60,438 nucleotides of DNA from Acidimicrobiia bacterium (lineage in GTDB: Bacteria; Actinomycetota; Acidimicrobiia; Spongiisociales; UBA11373): NCBI GenBank assembly GCA_035286665.1, contig DATECY010000087.1, positions 1-60,438 of the forward strand, written 5' to 3'. Below the pieces are notes generated by a model. The model saw only the letters and a program-made list of their open reading frames with translations. It was not told the DNA's origin and searched no databases. Positions 46,108 through 55,920 of this stretch are shown here, in pieces (position 1 is the stretch's first letter; each line of letters opens with the position of its first letter). The position numbers and the translations under genes were made by a program.

Positions 46108-46494
46108 CTACTCCGGGTTCAGCCGGAACCCATGGGGGATCAGCTCTTCGAGCGTGTGGGTGATCGGACCGGCGGGGCGGTCGACGATCACACGGTCCAC
46201 CCGAAACTCGACCATCAGCTGTCTGCAGTTGCCGCAGGGATAGCCGGGTTCGGTGGCGTCGATGCACGCCACGACCACGGTGTCCAGCTTGCGAGCCCCC
46301 GAGGAGACGGCACGGGCGATCGCGCTTGCCTCGGCACACATTCCCGAGCCGTAGGCACTGTTCTCCACGTTGGCGCCGGTGTAGTGGTTTCCCTCGGAAT
46401 CGACGACAACGGCACCGACCCGATAGTGGGAGAAGGGTGCGTAGGCGTGCTCGGCGGCCAAGTGCGCCTCGGCGACGAGCTCCTCGGTGGTCAT
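46108..46494 (-). CDS. cdd: cytidine deaminase
   Basis: 128 aa with the CAEASAI and PCGNCRQ zinc motifs. ATGA overlap with the ftsY stop. The 281-aa track ORF is over-extended. Confidence 0.92.
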   Translation of the reverse strand: MTTEELVAEAHLAAEHAYAPFSHYRVGAVVVDSEGNHYTGANVENSAYGSGMCAEASAIARAVSSGARKLDTVVVACIDATEPGYPCGNCRQLMVEFRVDRVIVDRPAGPITHTLEELIPHGFRLNPE

Positions 46495-47474
46495 GAGCCC
46501 TCCAGAAGCGAGTCCACGAAGACCTCCGGAGAGAAGTGAAGCAGGTCGTCGGCGGATTCGCCGACTCCGATCAGCTTGACCGGAAGCCCCAACTCCTGCT
46601 CGACCGCCACCGCCATCCCTCCCCGAGCCGTGCCGTCGAGCTTGGAGAGCACGACACCGGTGACGCCCACCGCCGCGGTGAACGCACGGGCCTGAACGAT
46701 GCCGTTCTGACCACTGGTGCCGTCGAGCACCAGCAGCACCTCGTCGACTCGACCCGGCCCGCGCGACAACACCCGCACCACCTTGCCCAGCTCCTCCATC
46801 AGGTTGCGCTTGGAATGGAGCCGGCCGGCGGTGTCGACGATGACGACGTCGCGACCTCTGGCTCGCGCCGCCGACACCGCGTCGAAGGCGACCGATGCCG
46901 GGTCGGCGCCCTCCTGCCCGGCGATCACGTCGATGCCGAGACGGGTCCCCCACTCCTGGATCTGCTCGGCCGCCGCGGCCCTGAAGGTATCCGCCGCTCC
47001 GATCAACACCCCGCGGCCCTCGCGCTGCAGCATGGCGGCGATCTTGGCGATGCTCGTCGTCTTGCCCGACCCATTGACTCCGACGACCACGACGATGGCC
47101 GGCGGACTGCCCAGGTGCAACGAACGGTCCCGATCCCCAAACGCGGCGATCAGCTCACGGCGCAGGATCTCCCTGGCCTCAATCGGTCCGGCCGGCCGGG
47201 AGGCACGCACCCGTTCGACGACGGCGGTGACGGTGGCCACCCCCATGTCCACCGAGATGAGGGCGTCCTCGAGATCCGACCAGAAGGCATCGTCGATGCC
47301 GCGTCCAAGAACGGATGAGATCCGACCGGTGAGGGTCGATCTGGTGACCCGGGGCGGAGTGGGAGCGAGTACGCCGACCGGGCGGGTGGCGGCCCGACGA
47401 CGACGCAGGACGTATGCGACGCCGACCACGAGGCCGAGGGAGGCGACGAGCAAGCCGATCAGGACGGCGGTCAC
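46491..47474 (-). CDS. ftsY: signal recognition particle receptor FtsY with N-terminal TM anchor
   Basis: GTG start gives VTAVLIGLLVASLGLVVGVAYVL. Contains GVNGSGKTTSIAKIA and DTAGRL. GTGA overlap with the smc stop. Confidence 0.93.
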   Translation of the reverse strand: MTAVLIGLLVASLGLVVGVAYVLRRRRAATRPVGVLAPTPPRVTRSTLTGRISSVLGRGIDDAFWSDLEDALISVDMGVATVTAVVERVRASRPAGPIEAREILRRELIAAFGDRDRSLHLGSPPAIVVVVGVNGSGKTTSIAKIAAMLQREGRGVLIGAADTFRAAAAEQIQEWGTRLGIDVIAGQEGADPASVAFDAVSAARARGRDVVIVDTAGRLHSKRNLMEELGKVVRVLSRGPGRVDEVLLVLDGTSGQNGIVQARAFTAAVGVTGVVLSKLDGTARGGMAVAVEQELGLPVKLIGVGESADDLLHFSPEVFVDSLLEGS

Positions 47475-50400
47475 ACCCGGCTCAGGCGTTTGGCGAGCAC
47501 CCGCGAGGATTCGCCCGGTTCCATGGTCACACCGTAGAGAACGTCCGCCGCCTCCATGGTCTGCTGCTGGTGGGTCACGACCACCAGCTGCGAGGTTCCG
47601 CGCAACGTCCCGATCAGCCTGATGAAACGGCGCAGATTGGCGTCGTCGAGCGCCGCTTCGACCTCGTCGAGCACGTAGAACGGGCTGGGGCGACACCGGA
47701 ACACCGCGAAGAGGAACGCCAACGCGGCGAGCGATCGCTCTCCGCCCGACAACAAGGCGAGCCGCCCAACCTTCTTGCCCATCGGCTGGGCATGGATGTC
47801 GACCCCGGTGGAGAGCACGTCGTCGTGATCGGTCAACGTGAGCCGACCGATGCCGCCCGGGAACAAGACCGCGAAATTCTCGGAGAACTTGCCGGCGATG
47901 TCCTCGAATGCATCCCTGAACAGGCGTCCAATCTCATCGTCGAGCGCTCTGATGACCTTGCGTATCTCCGCGCGAGATGCCTCGAGGTCGGCGAGTTGGC
48001 CCTCCATGAAGGTGACCTGCTCGGCCAATTCGGTGTACTCGGCGGCCGCCAGCGGGTTGACCGGCCCCAATCGCTTGAGCGCTGCCGCCAGCGAGTCGAG
48101 ATGGGCTGCGGGCTCGATGCCCTCGGGCACCTCTGGGCGAGGGGCGCCGAGAGCTTCTTCCTCGGGCGCGTCGACGTCACGTCGCAGCCCTTCGAGGACT
48201 GCCTCCTCGCGCACCGTCAACTCGGCGATCTCGACCGCCATCGCCGAGAGCGACTCGCGTGCAGCTTCAATCTGGTTTCCGAGCGCCTCACGACGAGAGC
48301 GTGCCTCGTCGAGGCGAGCACCGGCATCGCCTGCCTGCGCTCGCAAGGCGCGCTGGCGTTCACGAAGGGTACCGATGTGGGTCCGCACGATCTCCACGGC
48401 GCGTCGTGCCCGGGCCTCGGTGATCTCCAGACGGGCGACGCCGTCGCGATCGACGCGGGGCCCGTCCTCCGACAGCAACACCTCGATCTCGGCGAGCCGG
48501 CGCTCGATGAGGACACGACGCTCGCTCGCCGCGGCGAGCGTGGCGGTGGCCTCTTCACGACGCCGCCGCGCTTCGTCGCGCCCGGACGCGACCTCTTGAC
48601 GGCGACGGCTCAGGTCGTCCCACGCCGTCTGACGGGCCGCTTCCTCGCCATCGAGTTGGTCGAGCCGCTCGCGCAGCCCGGAGAGCCGTTCTCCCCGGCT
48701 TGCACCCGCCGCGGCGAGCGCTCGAGCGCGGGCGTCGAGCCGGTCGAGTTCGCCCTGGTGCTCCTGACGGGATCGGGCGAGCAGGCCGAGCGTCTCTTCA
48801 ATGGCAGCCTTGCGGCGGTCCACAACGGCGAACGAGGCCGCTGCCTGCTCCAGTGCCGCCACAGATGCGTCACGGGAACGGTTCGCAGTGGTGCGCCGAC
48901 TGATGGCACGGGCGGTCTCGGTCGAAGCACGCTCGGCGAGGACGCGAGCAGCCTCGATTGCCACCGGCCCGGTGCCCTCCGGATACCCGGCAACGACGCC
49001 CACGGCGGTGATGAGGTCACCCTCCGGCGTCACGACCCGAACGTCGGGATGGCCGGCGACGATCGCCCGACCCTGGGACCACCCTTCGACGAGGACCACG
49101 TCTCCGAGAAGCGACGCCGCCAACGATCCGTCGGCGCCCCTCCCCAGGCGATCTACGAGCGCTTCGGCGCCGCTGGCAAAGGCAACCGCCCGAGCCGGCA
49201 CCGAGCCATCGCCCACGGCGGAGACAAAGGCCACTCCGCCACGTCCCTGTGATTTGATGGCAGAAGCCGCGGCCGCCACGCCACCCCGGTCGCGGGTGAC
49301 GAAAGCCTCGGCCCATGGCCCGAGTGCGGCGGCCACCGCTGGCGCGAGATGTGCCGGCGCGTCGAGGGCAGCGGCGATCGTTCCGACGACTCCCTCGATC
49401 GCCGCCGCCATGTCCCGGGTCTCGGCGTCGGCAAGCCCTGCACGCGCCGCCTCGAGTGCCTCGACGCGGGCGCCGGCGGCGGCGGACGCGGTCTCGGCGC
49501 GTCGGTGTGCTTCATCCGCGGCCAGTGCCTCGGCACGATCCCGATCGGCAGCGGCGGCTGCCCTGTCGCGAGCAGCCATCGCCTTGGCGGCCCCTGCAAC
49601 CGCTTCGGCGAGCTCGACCTGAAGCCGTTGCGCGTCCCTGCTCTCTTCTGCGATGAGGGTGGCGACCGCCCCGCGCCGCCGGATCAGATCCGAGCGCTCG
49701 CGTTCATCGCGGCTTGCGGCGGCGTCGAGGGCGGCGAGATCCCCACGCAGAGAGGCGACCATGCCTTCAGTGGGGAGCCGGTCGGCGTCGGCCAGGGATC
49801 GCTCCTCGTCGTCGAGCGATCTCAGAGCGATTTCGGCGCGCTCCGCCGCTTCGGTGGCCGCCGACTCCTCGGTGACGGTCCTTCCGAGTCGCACCGCGAG
49901 ATCATCGTGTTCCTTCGTGAGATCGTGCCTCCGCTCGTCCACGTCGAGAACGCTCCGTTCCAAGCTGGAGCGGCGCTCGCGCGCAACGAGGGCGATGCTG
50001 TGGAGGCGCTCTGCCGCCGTCTCGAGTCGCGCCGCGGCGGCCGTGTCGCGGTCGAGTGCTTCTCCGGTCTCACCCGCCGCTGCCTGGAGGCCGGCCAGAG
50101 CCGCCGAGATCGACTCTCGTTCGGCCAGCCATGTCTCGAGAGAACCTTTCGATCCTGCCTGATCTCGGTGCAGTTGATCGAGGCGAGCGCGCACCGTCCG
50201 CAGTCGTTCGCCACCCACCCAGAGCCGCACCGCCCGCCATTCGGCACGCACCGCATCGTGACGAGCCGCGGCGCTTGCCTGCCGACGCAGCGGTCGCAGA
50301 CGGCGCTCCTGGTCGGCATGCATTTCCTTGAGGCGTTCGAGGTCCACCGCGGTCGCCTCGAGGCGGCGGATGGCGCGATCCCGCCTAGCGCGATGCTTGA

Positions 50401-50902
50401 CGACGCCTGCCGCCTCTTCGATGACGGCTCTGTGCTCCTCGGGCCCGGCGTTGAGGACCCCGTCCACACGCCCCTGGCCGACGATGACGTGCTGGTGACG
50501 CCCGACGCCGCTGTCGCTCAGTAGCTCCTGGATGTCGAGCAGTCGGCACGGGGTTCCATTGATCTCATACTCGCTGGTCCCATCCCGCAACAGCCTCCTG
50601 GTGATGGTGATGTCCGCCATGTCCAAGGCCAGTTCGCCCGCGGTGTTTTCGAACGTGAGCGACACCTCGGCGCGCCCTAGGGCGGGGCGCACTGCGGTGC
50701 CGGCGAAGATCACGTCCTCCATGCGCTCGGTGCGCAGCGAGCTGGTGGCCTGGGTACCCATGACCCACGCGATCGCGTCGACGAGATTCGATTTGCCCGA
50801 GCCGTTGGGGCCGACGACGACCGTCACCCCCGGCTCGCACTCGATCCTCGTCCTGTCGGCGAAGGACTTGAAGCCGACCAGCGAAAGCGTCTTGAGATGC
50901 AC
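47471..50902 (-). CDS. smc: chromosome segregation protein SMC
   Basis: 1143 aa. N-terminal Walker A VVGPNGSGKSNLVDAI, long coiled coils, hinge, C-terminal LSGGERSLAALAFLFA and YVLDEVEAALD. Confidence 0.96.
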   Translation of the reverse strand: MHLKTLSLVGFKSFADRTRIECEPGVTVVVGPNGSGKSNLVDAIAWVMGTQATSSLRTERMEDVIFAGTAVRPALGRAEVSLTFENTAGELALDMADITITRRLLRDGTSEYEINGTPCRLLDIQELLSDSGVGRHQHVIVGQGRVDGVLNAGPEEHRAVIEEAAGVVKHRARRDRAIRRLEATAVDLERLKEMHADQERRLRPLRRQASAAARHDAVRAEWRAVRLWVGGERLRTVRARLDQLHRDQAGSKGSLETWLAERESISAALAGLQAAAGETGEALDRDTAAAARLETAAERLHSIALVARERRSSLERSVLDVDERRHDLTKEHDDLAVRLGRTVTEESAATEAAERAEIALRSLDDEERSLADADRLPTEGMVASLRGDLAALDAAASRDERERSDLIRRRGAVATLIAEESRDAQRLQVELAEAVAGAAKAMAARDRAAAAADRDRAEALAADEAHRRAETASAAAGARVEALEAARAGLADAETRDMAAAIEGVVGTIAAALDAPAHLAPAVAAALGPWAEAFVTRDRGGVAAAASAIKSQGRGGVAFVSAVGDGSVPARAVAFASGAEALVDRLGRGADGSLAASLLGDVVLVEGWSQGRAIVAGHPDVRVVTPEGDLITAVGVVAGYPEGTGPVAIEAARVLAERASTETARAISRRTTANRSRDASVAALEQAAASFAVVDRRKAAIEETLGLLARSRQEHQGELDRLDARARALAAAGASRGERLSGLRERLDQLDGEEAARQTAWDDLSRRRQEVASGRDEARRRREEATATLAAASERRVLIERRLAEIEVLLSEDGPRVDRDGVARLEITEARARRAVEIVRTHIGTLRERQRALRAQAGDAGARLDEARSRREALGNQIEAARESLSAMAVEIAELTVREEAVLEGLRRDVDAPEEEALGAPRPEVPEGIEPAAHLDSLAAALKRLGPVNPLAAAEYTELAEQVTFMEGQLADLEASRAEIRKVIRALDDEIGRLFRDAFEDIAGKFSENFAVLFPGGIGRLTLTDHDDVLSTGVDIHAQPMGKKVGRLALLSGGERSLAALAFLFAVFRCRPSPFYVLDEVEAALDDANLRRFIRLIGTLRGTSQLVVVTHQQQTMEAADVLYGVTMEPGESSRVLAKRLSRV

Positions 50903-50942
50903 GGGTACTCTCAGGCTATCAGACCGGAATCACAGGGGTGTA

Positions 50943-50984
50943 GTTAGGAGAGCTGTGAGCTGTGAGCTGTGAGCTGTGAGCTCA
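50943..50984. repeat. GTTAGGA x1 followed by the heptamer array GAGCTGT x4 + GAGCTCA. The last copy contains the stop codon of the lipoprotein gene
   Basis: Direct reading, between the smc start (50902) and the lipoprotein stop (50982-50984). Confidence 0.95.
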
Positions 50985-51644
50985 GGAGCCGAGGCTCTGC
51001 AGGTACGCGGCCACCTCTGCCTGGTGGCTGCTGCACAGGTAGGCGACGGCGGCTCCGAGCGCTGCTCCGGCAATCACACCCTGGGAACCGGTGAGTTCGG
51101 CATCGATGCCCTCGATCGCGTCGGCCTCGACGCCGAACAGGGTCGCCATCACGCCGAGCAGGGCCGACTCGGCCCCCTGATTGCGGTCCAGGAGGTTGCA
51201 GGCGACCGGGCCCGCGGTCAGGACGGCGTCGTCGTCGATCGTCGCCATCGCATCGGTGGAGGTGATGGCGTCGTGGACCGCCGCCAGGTACGCAGCAATG
51301 AGCGCCGATGCCCCGGCGCGATCGGGGCACACCTCGCGGACCCCCTCGGTGAGGACCTCGATGAGGATGGCGTCGTCGACGGCAGGACCGGCAGGTGCAT
51401 CGACCGCACCGATCGCCGCTGCGATCGCCGCATCCGTCGGGTCGGATGAGGTGCAAACGCCGACGACGACGTCGGCAACAATGCCGACCGGGACGTCCGC
51501 GAACCTGGTGCCGTCGAGGGCACGATCGGCCGAAGCGGCGTAGTCGATCGCAGCCGACCTCGGAGCCGCCGAGGTCGTGGTCGGAGCGGTGCCTCCCGAG
51601 CAGCCTGCGGTCACCACCAGGCACATGGCGGCAAGACGCCTCAC
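50982..51644 (-). CDS. hypothetical lipoprotein (Ala/Asp-rich, 4 Cys)
   Basis: GTG start gives VRRLAAMCLVVTAGCSGG (lipobox). GTGA overlap with the mutM stop. Confidence 0.65.
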   Translation of the reverse strand: MRRLAAMCLVVTAGCSGGTAPTTTSAAPRSAAIDYAASADRALDGTRFADVPVGIVADVVVGVCTSSDPTDAAIAAAIGAVDAPAGPAVDDAILIEVLTEGVREVCPDRAGASALIAAYLAAVHDAITSTDAMATIDDDAVLTAGPVACNLLDRNQGAESALLGVMATLFGVEADAIEGIDAELTGSQGVIAGAALGAAVAYLCSSHQAEVAAYLQSLGS

Positions 51645-52471
51645 GACTGGCACCCCGGGCACCAGAAACTGCTCCTTGCTCGAATCACCGTTCGCACCAT
51701 TACCTCTCCGCAGCGACGGCACGGCTCGCCCTCCCTGCCGTAGGCGGTCAAGCGTTGGGAGTACTCCCCGGCGCGTCCGTCGGGCAAGAGGTAGGCGAGA
51801 TCGCCGAGGCTGGTGCCACCGTGGCGAAGGCCGGCGGTGAGGACGGGGCGGATGGCGGCCCGCATCGCCTTCACCTCCTGTGCGAGGAGCGTGCCGCCGG
51901 GGCGGTCGGGCCTGATCCGTGCCCGATGGAGGATCTCGTCGACATAGATGTTTCCGAGTCCCGAAACGATCCGCTGATCGAGGAGCAGTGCCTTGATCGG
52001 TGCGGTGCGACCCGCAAGGGCGCTGGTGAGCCGGCGGGTGTTCGGGAGGGAGTCGAGGGCATCGGGTCCGATTCGACCGTTGAACATGCCGTCGAGTTCG
52101 TCGGGGGTGAAGGCGGCGACGAAGCCGAAGGTGCGGGGGTCGACCATGCGCACCTCTACCCCGCGGTCGAGGCCAACCACGACGTTGGTGTGAGCCACCT
52201 CGGGCTCACCATGTCGGTGAACCGACAGCCTCCCCGACATCCCCAGATGGGTGACCCAGGTGATATCGCCCTCGAGGCCGGCGAGGAGGAACTTGCCTCG
52301 CCTCCGCAGATGCTCCACCCGGCGACCGGTGATCCGATCGGCGAAGTCACCCGGCCGTTCCTGCCGGCGCACCATGCGAGGCCTGCGCACCAGCGCAGCG
52401 ATGATCGTGGCCCCCTCGAGCACCGGGACGAGGTGAGACCGGGTTGCCTCGACCTCGGGGAGCTCAGGCAT
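51641..52471 (-). CDS. mutM: formamidopyrimidine-DNA glycosylase
   Basis: MPELPEVE catalytic N-terminus and a C-terminal zinc finger CRRCGEVMVRTVIRARSSFWCPGCQ. Confidence 0.95.
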   Translation of the reverse strand: MPELPEVEATRSHLVPVLEGATIIAALVRRPRMVRRQERPGDFADRITGRRVEHLRRRGKFLLAGLEGDITWVTHLGMSGRLSVHRHGEPEVAHTNVVVGLDRGVEVRMVDPRTFGFVAAFTPDELDGMFNGRIGPDALDSLPNTRRLTSALAGRTAPIKALLLDQRIVSGLGNIYVDEILHRARIRPDRPGGTLLAQEVKAMRAAIRPVLTAGLRHGGTSLGDLAYLLPDGRAGEYSQRLTAYGREGEPCRRCGEVMVRTVIRARSSFWCPGCQS

Positions 52472-53222
52472 CCTCGTCGCCGAGTGCCTCGAGAGCCGCC
52501 CTGGCGGCGTCCTGTTCTGCTCGCTTCTTTGAAGATCCCGAGCCTGTCCCCAATACGCGCCCATCGAGCGTCACCTTCGACCGGTAGGTGCGCTGATGAT
52601 CCGGGCCAAATCCGTCGGCGTCATAGGCGGGTATCGAGCCCTGCTTGGCGAGGATCTCCTGAAGGCGGGTCTTGTAGTCGCGTTCACCGGGCGTCACCGC
52701 ACGGTCTCGGATCATCGGCGCCCAGTACCGAAGCACCATATTGCGAACGGCACTGAGTCCGCCATCGAGAAACGCCGCGCCAATGACCGCTTCGAGGGCG
52801 TCAGCCAGAATCGGGGCCTTGGCGCGGCCGCCGGAAGCGTCCTCGCCCTTGCCGAGGCGGAGTGCCACGTCAAGGCCAACTTCCCTGGCAACCGTGGCAA
52901 GGGGCGACTCGCTGACGACCGCCGCTCGGACCTTGCTCATCTCGCCCTCGGTCAGATCCCACTCCTCGTGGAGCACGGCCGAGACCACGAGATCGAGCAC
53001 CGCATCACCGAGGAACTCGAGCCGCTCATTGGACTCGGCAGCGGCTCCCTCGACGGTCGCCGAACTGTGGGTGAGGGCTCGGTTCAGCAGCGATCGATCA
53101 CGGAACGTGTAGCCGAGAGCGGCCTCGAGTGACCGCTCTTCGGCAGAGGCACCGGCGGGAGGCGACGGACCCGCACCCGAGTGTCGAAACCAACCCCTGA
53201 CGCGACGCCACAAGTCACCCAC
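52464..53222 (-). CDS. rnc: ribonuclease III
   Basis: LTHSSA...NERLEFLGDAVLDLVV signature and a C-terminal dsRBD. Start uncertain; GTG 53222 overlaps the plsX stop by 8 nt. Confidence 0.9.
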   Translation of the reverse strand: MGDLWRRVRGWFRHSGAGPSPPAGASAEERSLEAALGYTFRDRSLLNRALTHSSATVEGAAAESNERLEFLGDAVLDLVVSAVLHEEWDLTEGEMSKVRAAVVSESPLATVAREVGLDVALRLGKGEDASGGRAKAPILADALEAVIGAAFLDGGLSAVRNMVLRYWAPMIRDRAVTPGERDYKTRLQEILAKQGSIPAYDADGFGPDHQRTYRSKVTLDGRVLGTGSGSSKKRAEQDAARAALEALGDEDA

Positions 53223-54198
53223 GGATGCCGGCCTCGATGCGCGCCACCAGGCCGCGCTCGGCCCCCTCCGAGGCGAGCACGAGAGCATTGGCGACGGCGA
53301 CCCGGCTCGACGAGCCGTGGGCGATCACGACGGTCCCCTTGACCCCGACCAGATGGGCGCCCCCGTACGCCTCCGGATCAAAACGCTCCCGGAGCCCCAT
53401 GAGCCACGGCAGCAGCACCGCGGCCGCCTGCTGGACCGCGAGATCGTCGTCGCCGGCGAGCGTTTCGAGGATGAACCTGCCGACGGCGCGGGCGGTCCCC
53501 TCCGCCGTCTTGAGGAGCACATTGCCGGTGAAGCCGTCTGTGACGATGACGTCGGCCGTCCCCTTGCCCAGGTCCCGGCCTTCGACATTGCCGACGAAGT
53601 GCACGCCGTCGCGGGCCGCGATCAGGTCGTAGGCCTCCCGCTCCAGATCGCGTCCCTTGCCCCTCTCCTCGCCGATGTTGAGAAGGCCGACCGTGGGAGC
53701 GGTTCGACCCAGGTAGACCTCGGCGACCAGCGACCCCATCACCGCGAACTGGACGAGGTGCTCCGGCTTCACATCGATGTTGGCCCCGGCGTCGAGCACG
53801 ACCGTGGGTATCCCGAGGGGAAAGATGGTGGCGATGGCGGGCCGCGACACCCCGGCGACCCTCCCGATCACGATCGCGGCGGCCGCCATGGCCGCGCCGG
53901 TCGATCCTGCGGACACCATCCCGTCGGCTTCGCCATCGGCGACGAGCCGGGCTGCCACGGCCACGGACGACTGCTTCTTTGCCCTCACCGCAGCGGCGGG
54001 ATCTTCCCCCATGCCGATCGACTCGGGGGCATGGACCACGGGAAGGACGGCTCCGACATCGGCGAGCTGAGCCTCGAGTTGGTCGCTATCGCCGACGAGG
54101 ACGACGTCGATCCCCCTGGCAACGGCGTCGATCGCACCGAGCACCGTCTGTTGTGGAGCATGGTCCCCGCCCATGGCGTCGAGCGCTATGCGAGCCAT
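53215..54198 (-). CDS. plsX: phosphate acyltransferase PlsX
   Basis: MARIALDAMGGDHAPQ start, 327 aa. Confidence 0.94.
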   Translation of the reverse strand: MARIALDAMGGDHAPQQTVLGAIDAVARGIDVVLVGDSDQLEAQLADVGAVLPVVHAPESIGMGEDPAAAVRAKKQSSVAVAARLVADGEADGMVSAGSTGAAMAAAAIVIGRVAGVSRPAIATIFPLGIPTVVLDAGANIDVKPEHLVQFAVMGSLVAEVYLGRTAPTVGLLNIGEERGKGRDLEREAYDLIAARDGVHFVGNVEGRDLGKGTADVIVTDGFTGNVLLKTAEGTARAVGRFILETLAGDDDLAVQQAAAVLLPWLMGLRERFDPEAYGGAHLVGVKGTVVIAHGSSSRVAVANALVLASEGAERGLVARIEAGIRG

Positions 54199-54205
54199 GA
54201 CGGCC

Positions 54206-54379
54206 TCAGGACGGAATGACTTCCCGACCCTTGTACGTCCCGCACGACGGGCACGCGCGATGCGCGAGCTTGGGGGCGTTGCACTGCGGGCAGGGCTGGG
54301 TGTGGGGAGTGTCCACCTTCCAATGCGCAGCCCGCTGGTGGGTCCGGGAACGGGACATCTTCTTCTTCGGGACGGCCAT
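54206..54379 (-). CDS. rpmF: 50S ribosomal protein L32 (Cys-containing, zinc-ribbon form)
   Basis: MAVPKKKMSRSRTHQRAAHWK...CPQC...CPSCG. Confidence 0.94.
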   Translation of the reverse strand: MAVPKKKMSRSRTHQRAAHWKVDTPHTQPCPQCNAPKLAHRACPSCGTYKGREVIPS

Positions 54380-54410
54380 GAGCGAGCCTTTTCGACACTC
54401 GGGATTACGG

Positions 54411-54911
54411 TCAGGGTTCCAACAAGTCACGCAACGAGGCAAACGGGGAATCGATCTCCTCGTCATGCCCCGGGCAAGAACCCGTATTCAAGTCGCCTCC
54501 GCAGCGAGCGCAAAGTCCCCGGCAGTCGGGACGGCAGGTGGGCACCACCGGCAGGCTGAGCAGGATCAGGTCCCTGATGACCGGTTCGAGGTCGACGATC
54601 TCTCCGTCGAGGGGGTATCCGTCGGGATCTCCTTCGAGTCCGAGCACTTCGGTGAGGCCGAGCGAGACCAGTTCGGTCCATTCGGTGAGACACCGGTGGC
54701 AGGTGTGGGCCACCGTCGACTCCACCCTGCCCCGCACGAGGATGCCGCCCGATGCGCCCTCCAGCGTGAACTCGCCCCGGACGCCGGGACCCACCCGCGA
54801 CAGCTCGAGGCGCCAATCCACCAAGGCATCCACGAACGCATCCCGGCGGTGACCGGCCTCTCCGAGGAGGTCCGGCACCGGAAGACGGAACGGCGAGGCT
54901 CCCTTGGTCAC
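54411..54911 (-). CDS. yceD: YceD/DUF177 family protein
   Basis: CHRCLTEW...CRPDCRGLCARCGGDLN Cys pattern. Canonical position upstream of rpmF. Start GTG 54911 or ATG 54947. Confidence 0.85.
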   Translation of the reverse strand: MTKGASPFRLPVPDLLGEAGHRRDAFVDALVDWRLELSRVGPGVRGEFTLEGASGGILVRGRVESTVAHTCHRCLTEWTELVSLGLTEVLGLEGDPDGYPLDGEIVDLEPVIRDLILLSLPVVPTCRPDCRGLCARCGGDLNTGSCPGHDEEIDSPFASLRDLLEP

Positions 54912-54918
54912 GGCGTGC

Positions 54919-55449
54919 TCAGAAGTCCCCGGCCCCACGGGGGTCATGACGAGCCTGATGAAGCTCGCCGCGGAATCGGCGGACCTGAGACAGGAGGTCG
55001 GCCAGCACCCCTTCGGTCTGCTCGAAGGCCTGCTCGCTGTAATCCTCGGCCTCGAGCCGGATACGGGTGGCTTCGCCCTCGGCCTGTCGCACGAGGGCGT
55101 TTGCCTCGTCGACCGCCTCCTTGACGATGTATGACTCGGTCACCAACTCGTCCGACCTCTGCTTGGCGCGTTCGAGCAGCTCCCGCGCCTTTTCGTTCGT
55201 TCGAGCCACGAACGACTCCCGCTCGCGGACCATCCACCTGGCGGCGCGCATCTCCTCAGGCAGGTCGTCGCGGAGCCGGTAGAGCATGTCGAGCAGCCGA
55301 TCGCGGTCGAGCATCACGTTGCCCGACAGTGGAACCATCCGGGCACCCTCGACCGCGATGATCAGGTCGTCGACGAGCTCGAGCAGCTCACCCATGCGGG
55401 GCGGGACCGGTACCTCGTCCTGGCGGGGGAGGTCGAGCTCATCGGCCAT
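54919..55449 (-). CDS. coiled-coil DivIVA-like protein resembling mycobacterial SepIVA (Rv2927c type)
   Basis: LLELVDDLIIAVEGARMVPLSGNVMLDRDRLLDMLYRLRDDLPEE resembles the SepIVA N-terminus as I recall it. Same synteny (between coaD/rsmD and DUF177). Start options are 55464, 55449 and 55395. Confidence 0.7.
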   Translation of the reverse strand: MADELDLPRQDEVPVPPRMGELLELVDDLIIAVEGARMVPLSGNVMLDRDRLLDMLYRLRDDLPEEMRAARWMVRERESFVARTNEKARELLERAKQRSDELVTESYIVKEAVDEANALVRQAEGEATRIRLEAEDYSEQAFEQTEGVLADLLSQVRRFRGELHQARHDPRGAGDF

Positions 55450-55918
55450 GGGGAAACTTCCCATTGAGCGCCTTGGCCACGATCGGCGGCACCAGTTCCT
55501 CGACGGTGCCTCCCAGTGCGGCGACCTCCTTGACGAGTGAGGACGAGAGATATCCGTACTCGGGCTTGGTGGCCACGAACATCGTCATCAGCCCGGAGAG
55601 ATGCCTGTTCATTTGCGCGAGCTGCAGCTCGTAGTCGAAGTCGGTGATCGCGCGCAGGCCCTTGACCACGACGTCGGCACCGACCCGGGTGGCGAAGTCG
55701 ACGAGCAGGCCGTCGAAGCCCGTGATCTCGACGCGATCCCAAGGACAGGCTTCGACCAGCATCTCCTTGCGCTCTTCGATGCTGAACAGGGGTGACTTGG
55801 ATGGGTTGACGACCACGCCGACGACCACCCGATCAAAGATGGCGACGCACCGTGCGACCACATCGATGTGGCCGTTCGTGGGAGGATCGAAGCTGCCGGG
55901 CACGAGTGCCGTGGTCAC
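55439..55918 (-). CDS. coaD: phosphopantetheine adenylyltransferase
   Basis: ALVPGSFDPPTNGHIDVV nucleotidyltransferase motif, 159 aa. Confidence 0.95.
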   Translation of the reverse strand: MTTALVPGSFDPPTNGHIDVVARCVAIFDRVVVGVVVNPSKSPLFSIEERKEMLVEACPWDRVEITGFDGLLVDFATRVGADVVVKGLRAITDFDYELQLAQMNRHLSGLMTMFVATKPEYGYLSSSLVKEVAALGGTVEELVPPIVAKALNGKFPHGR

Positions 55919-55920
55919 CG

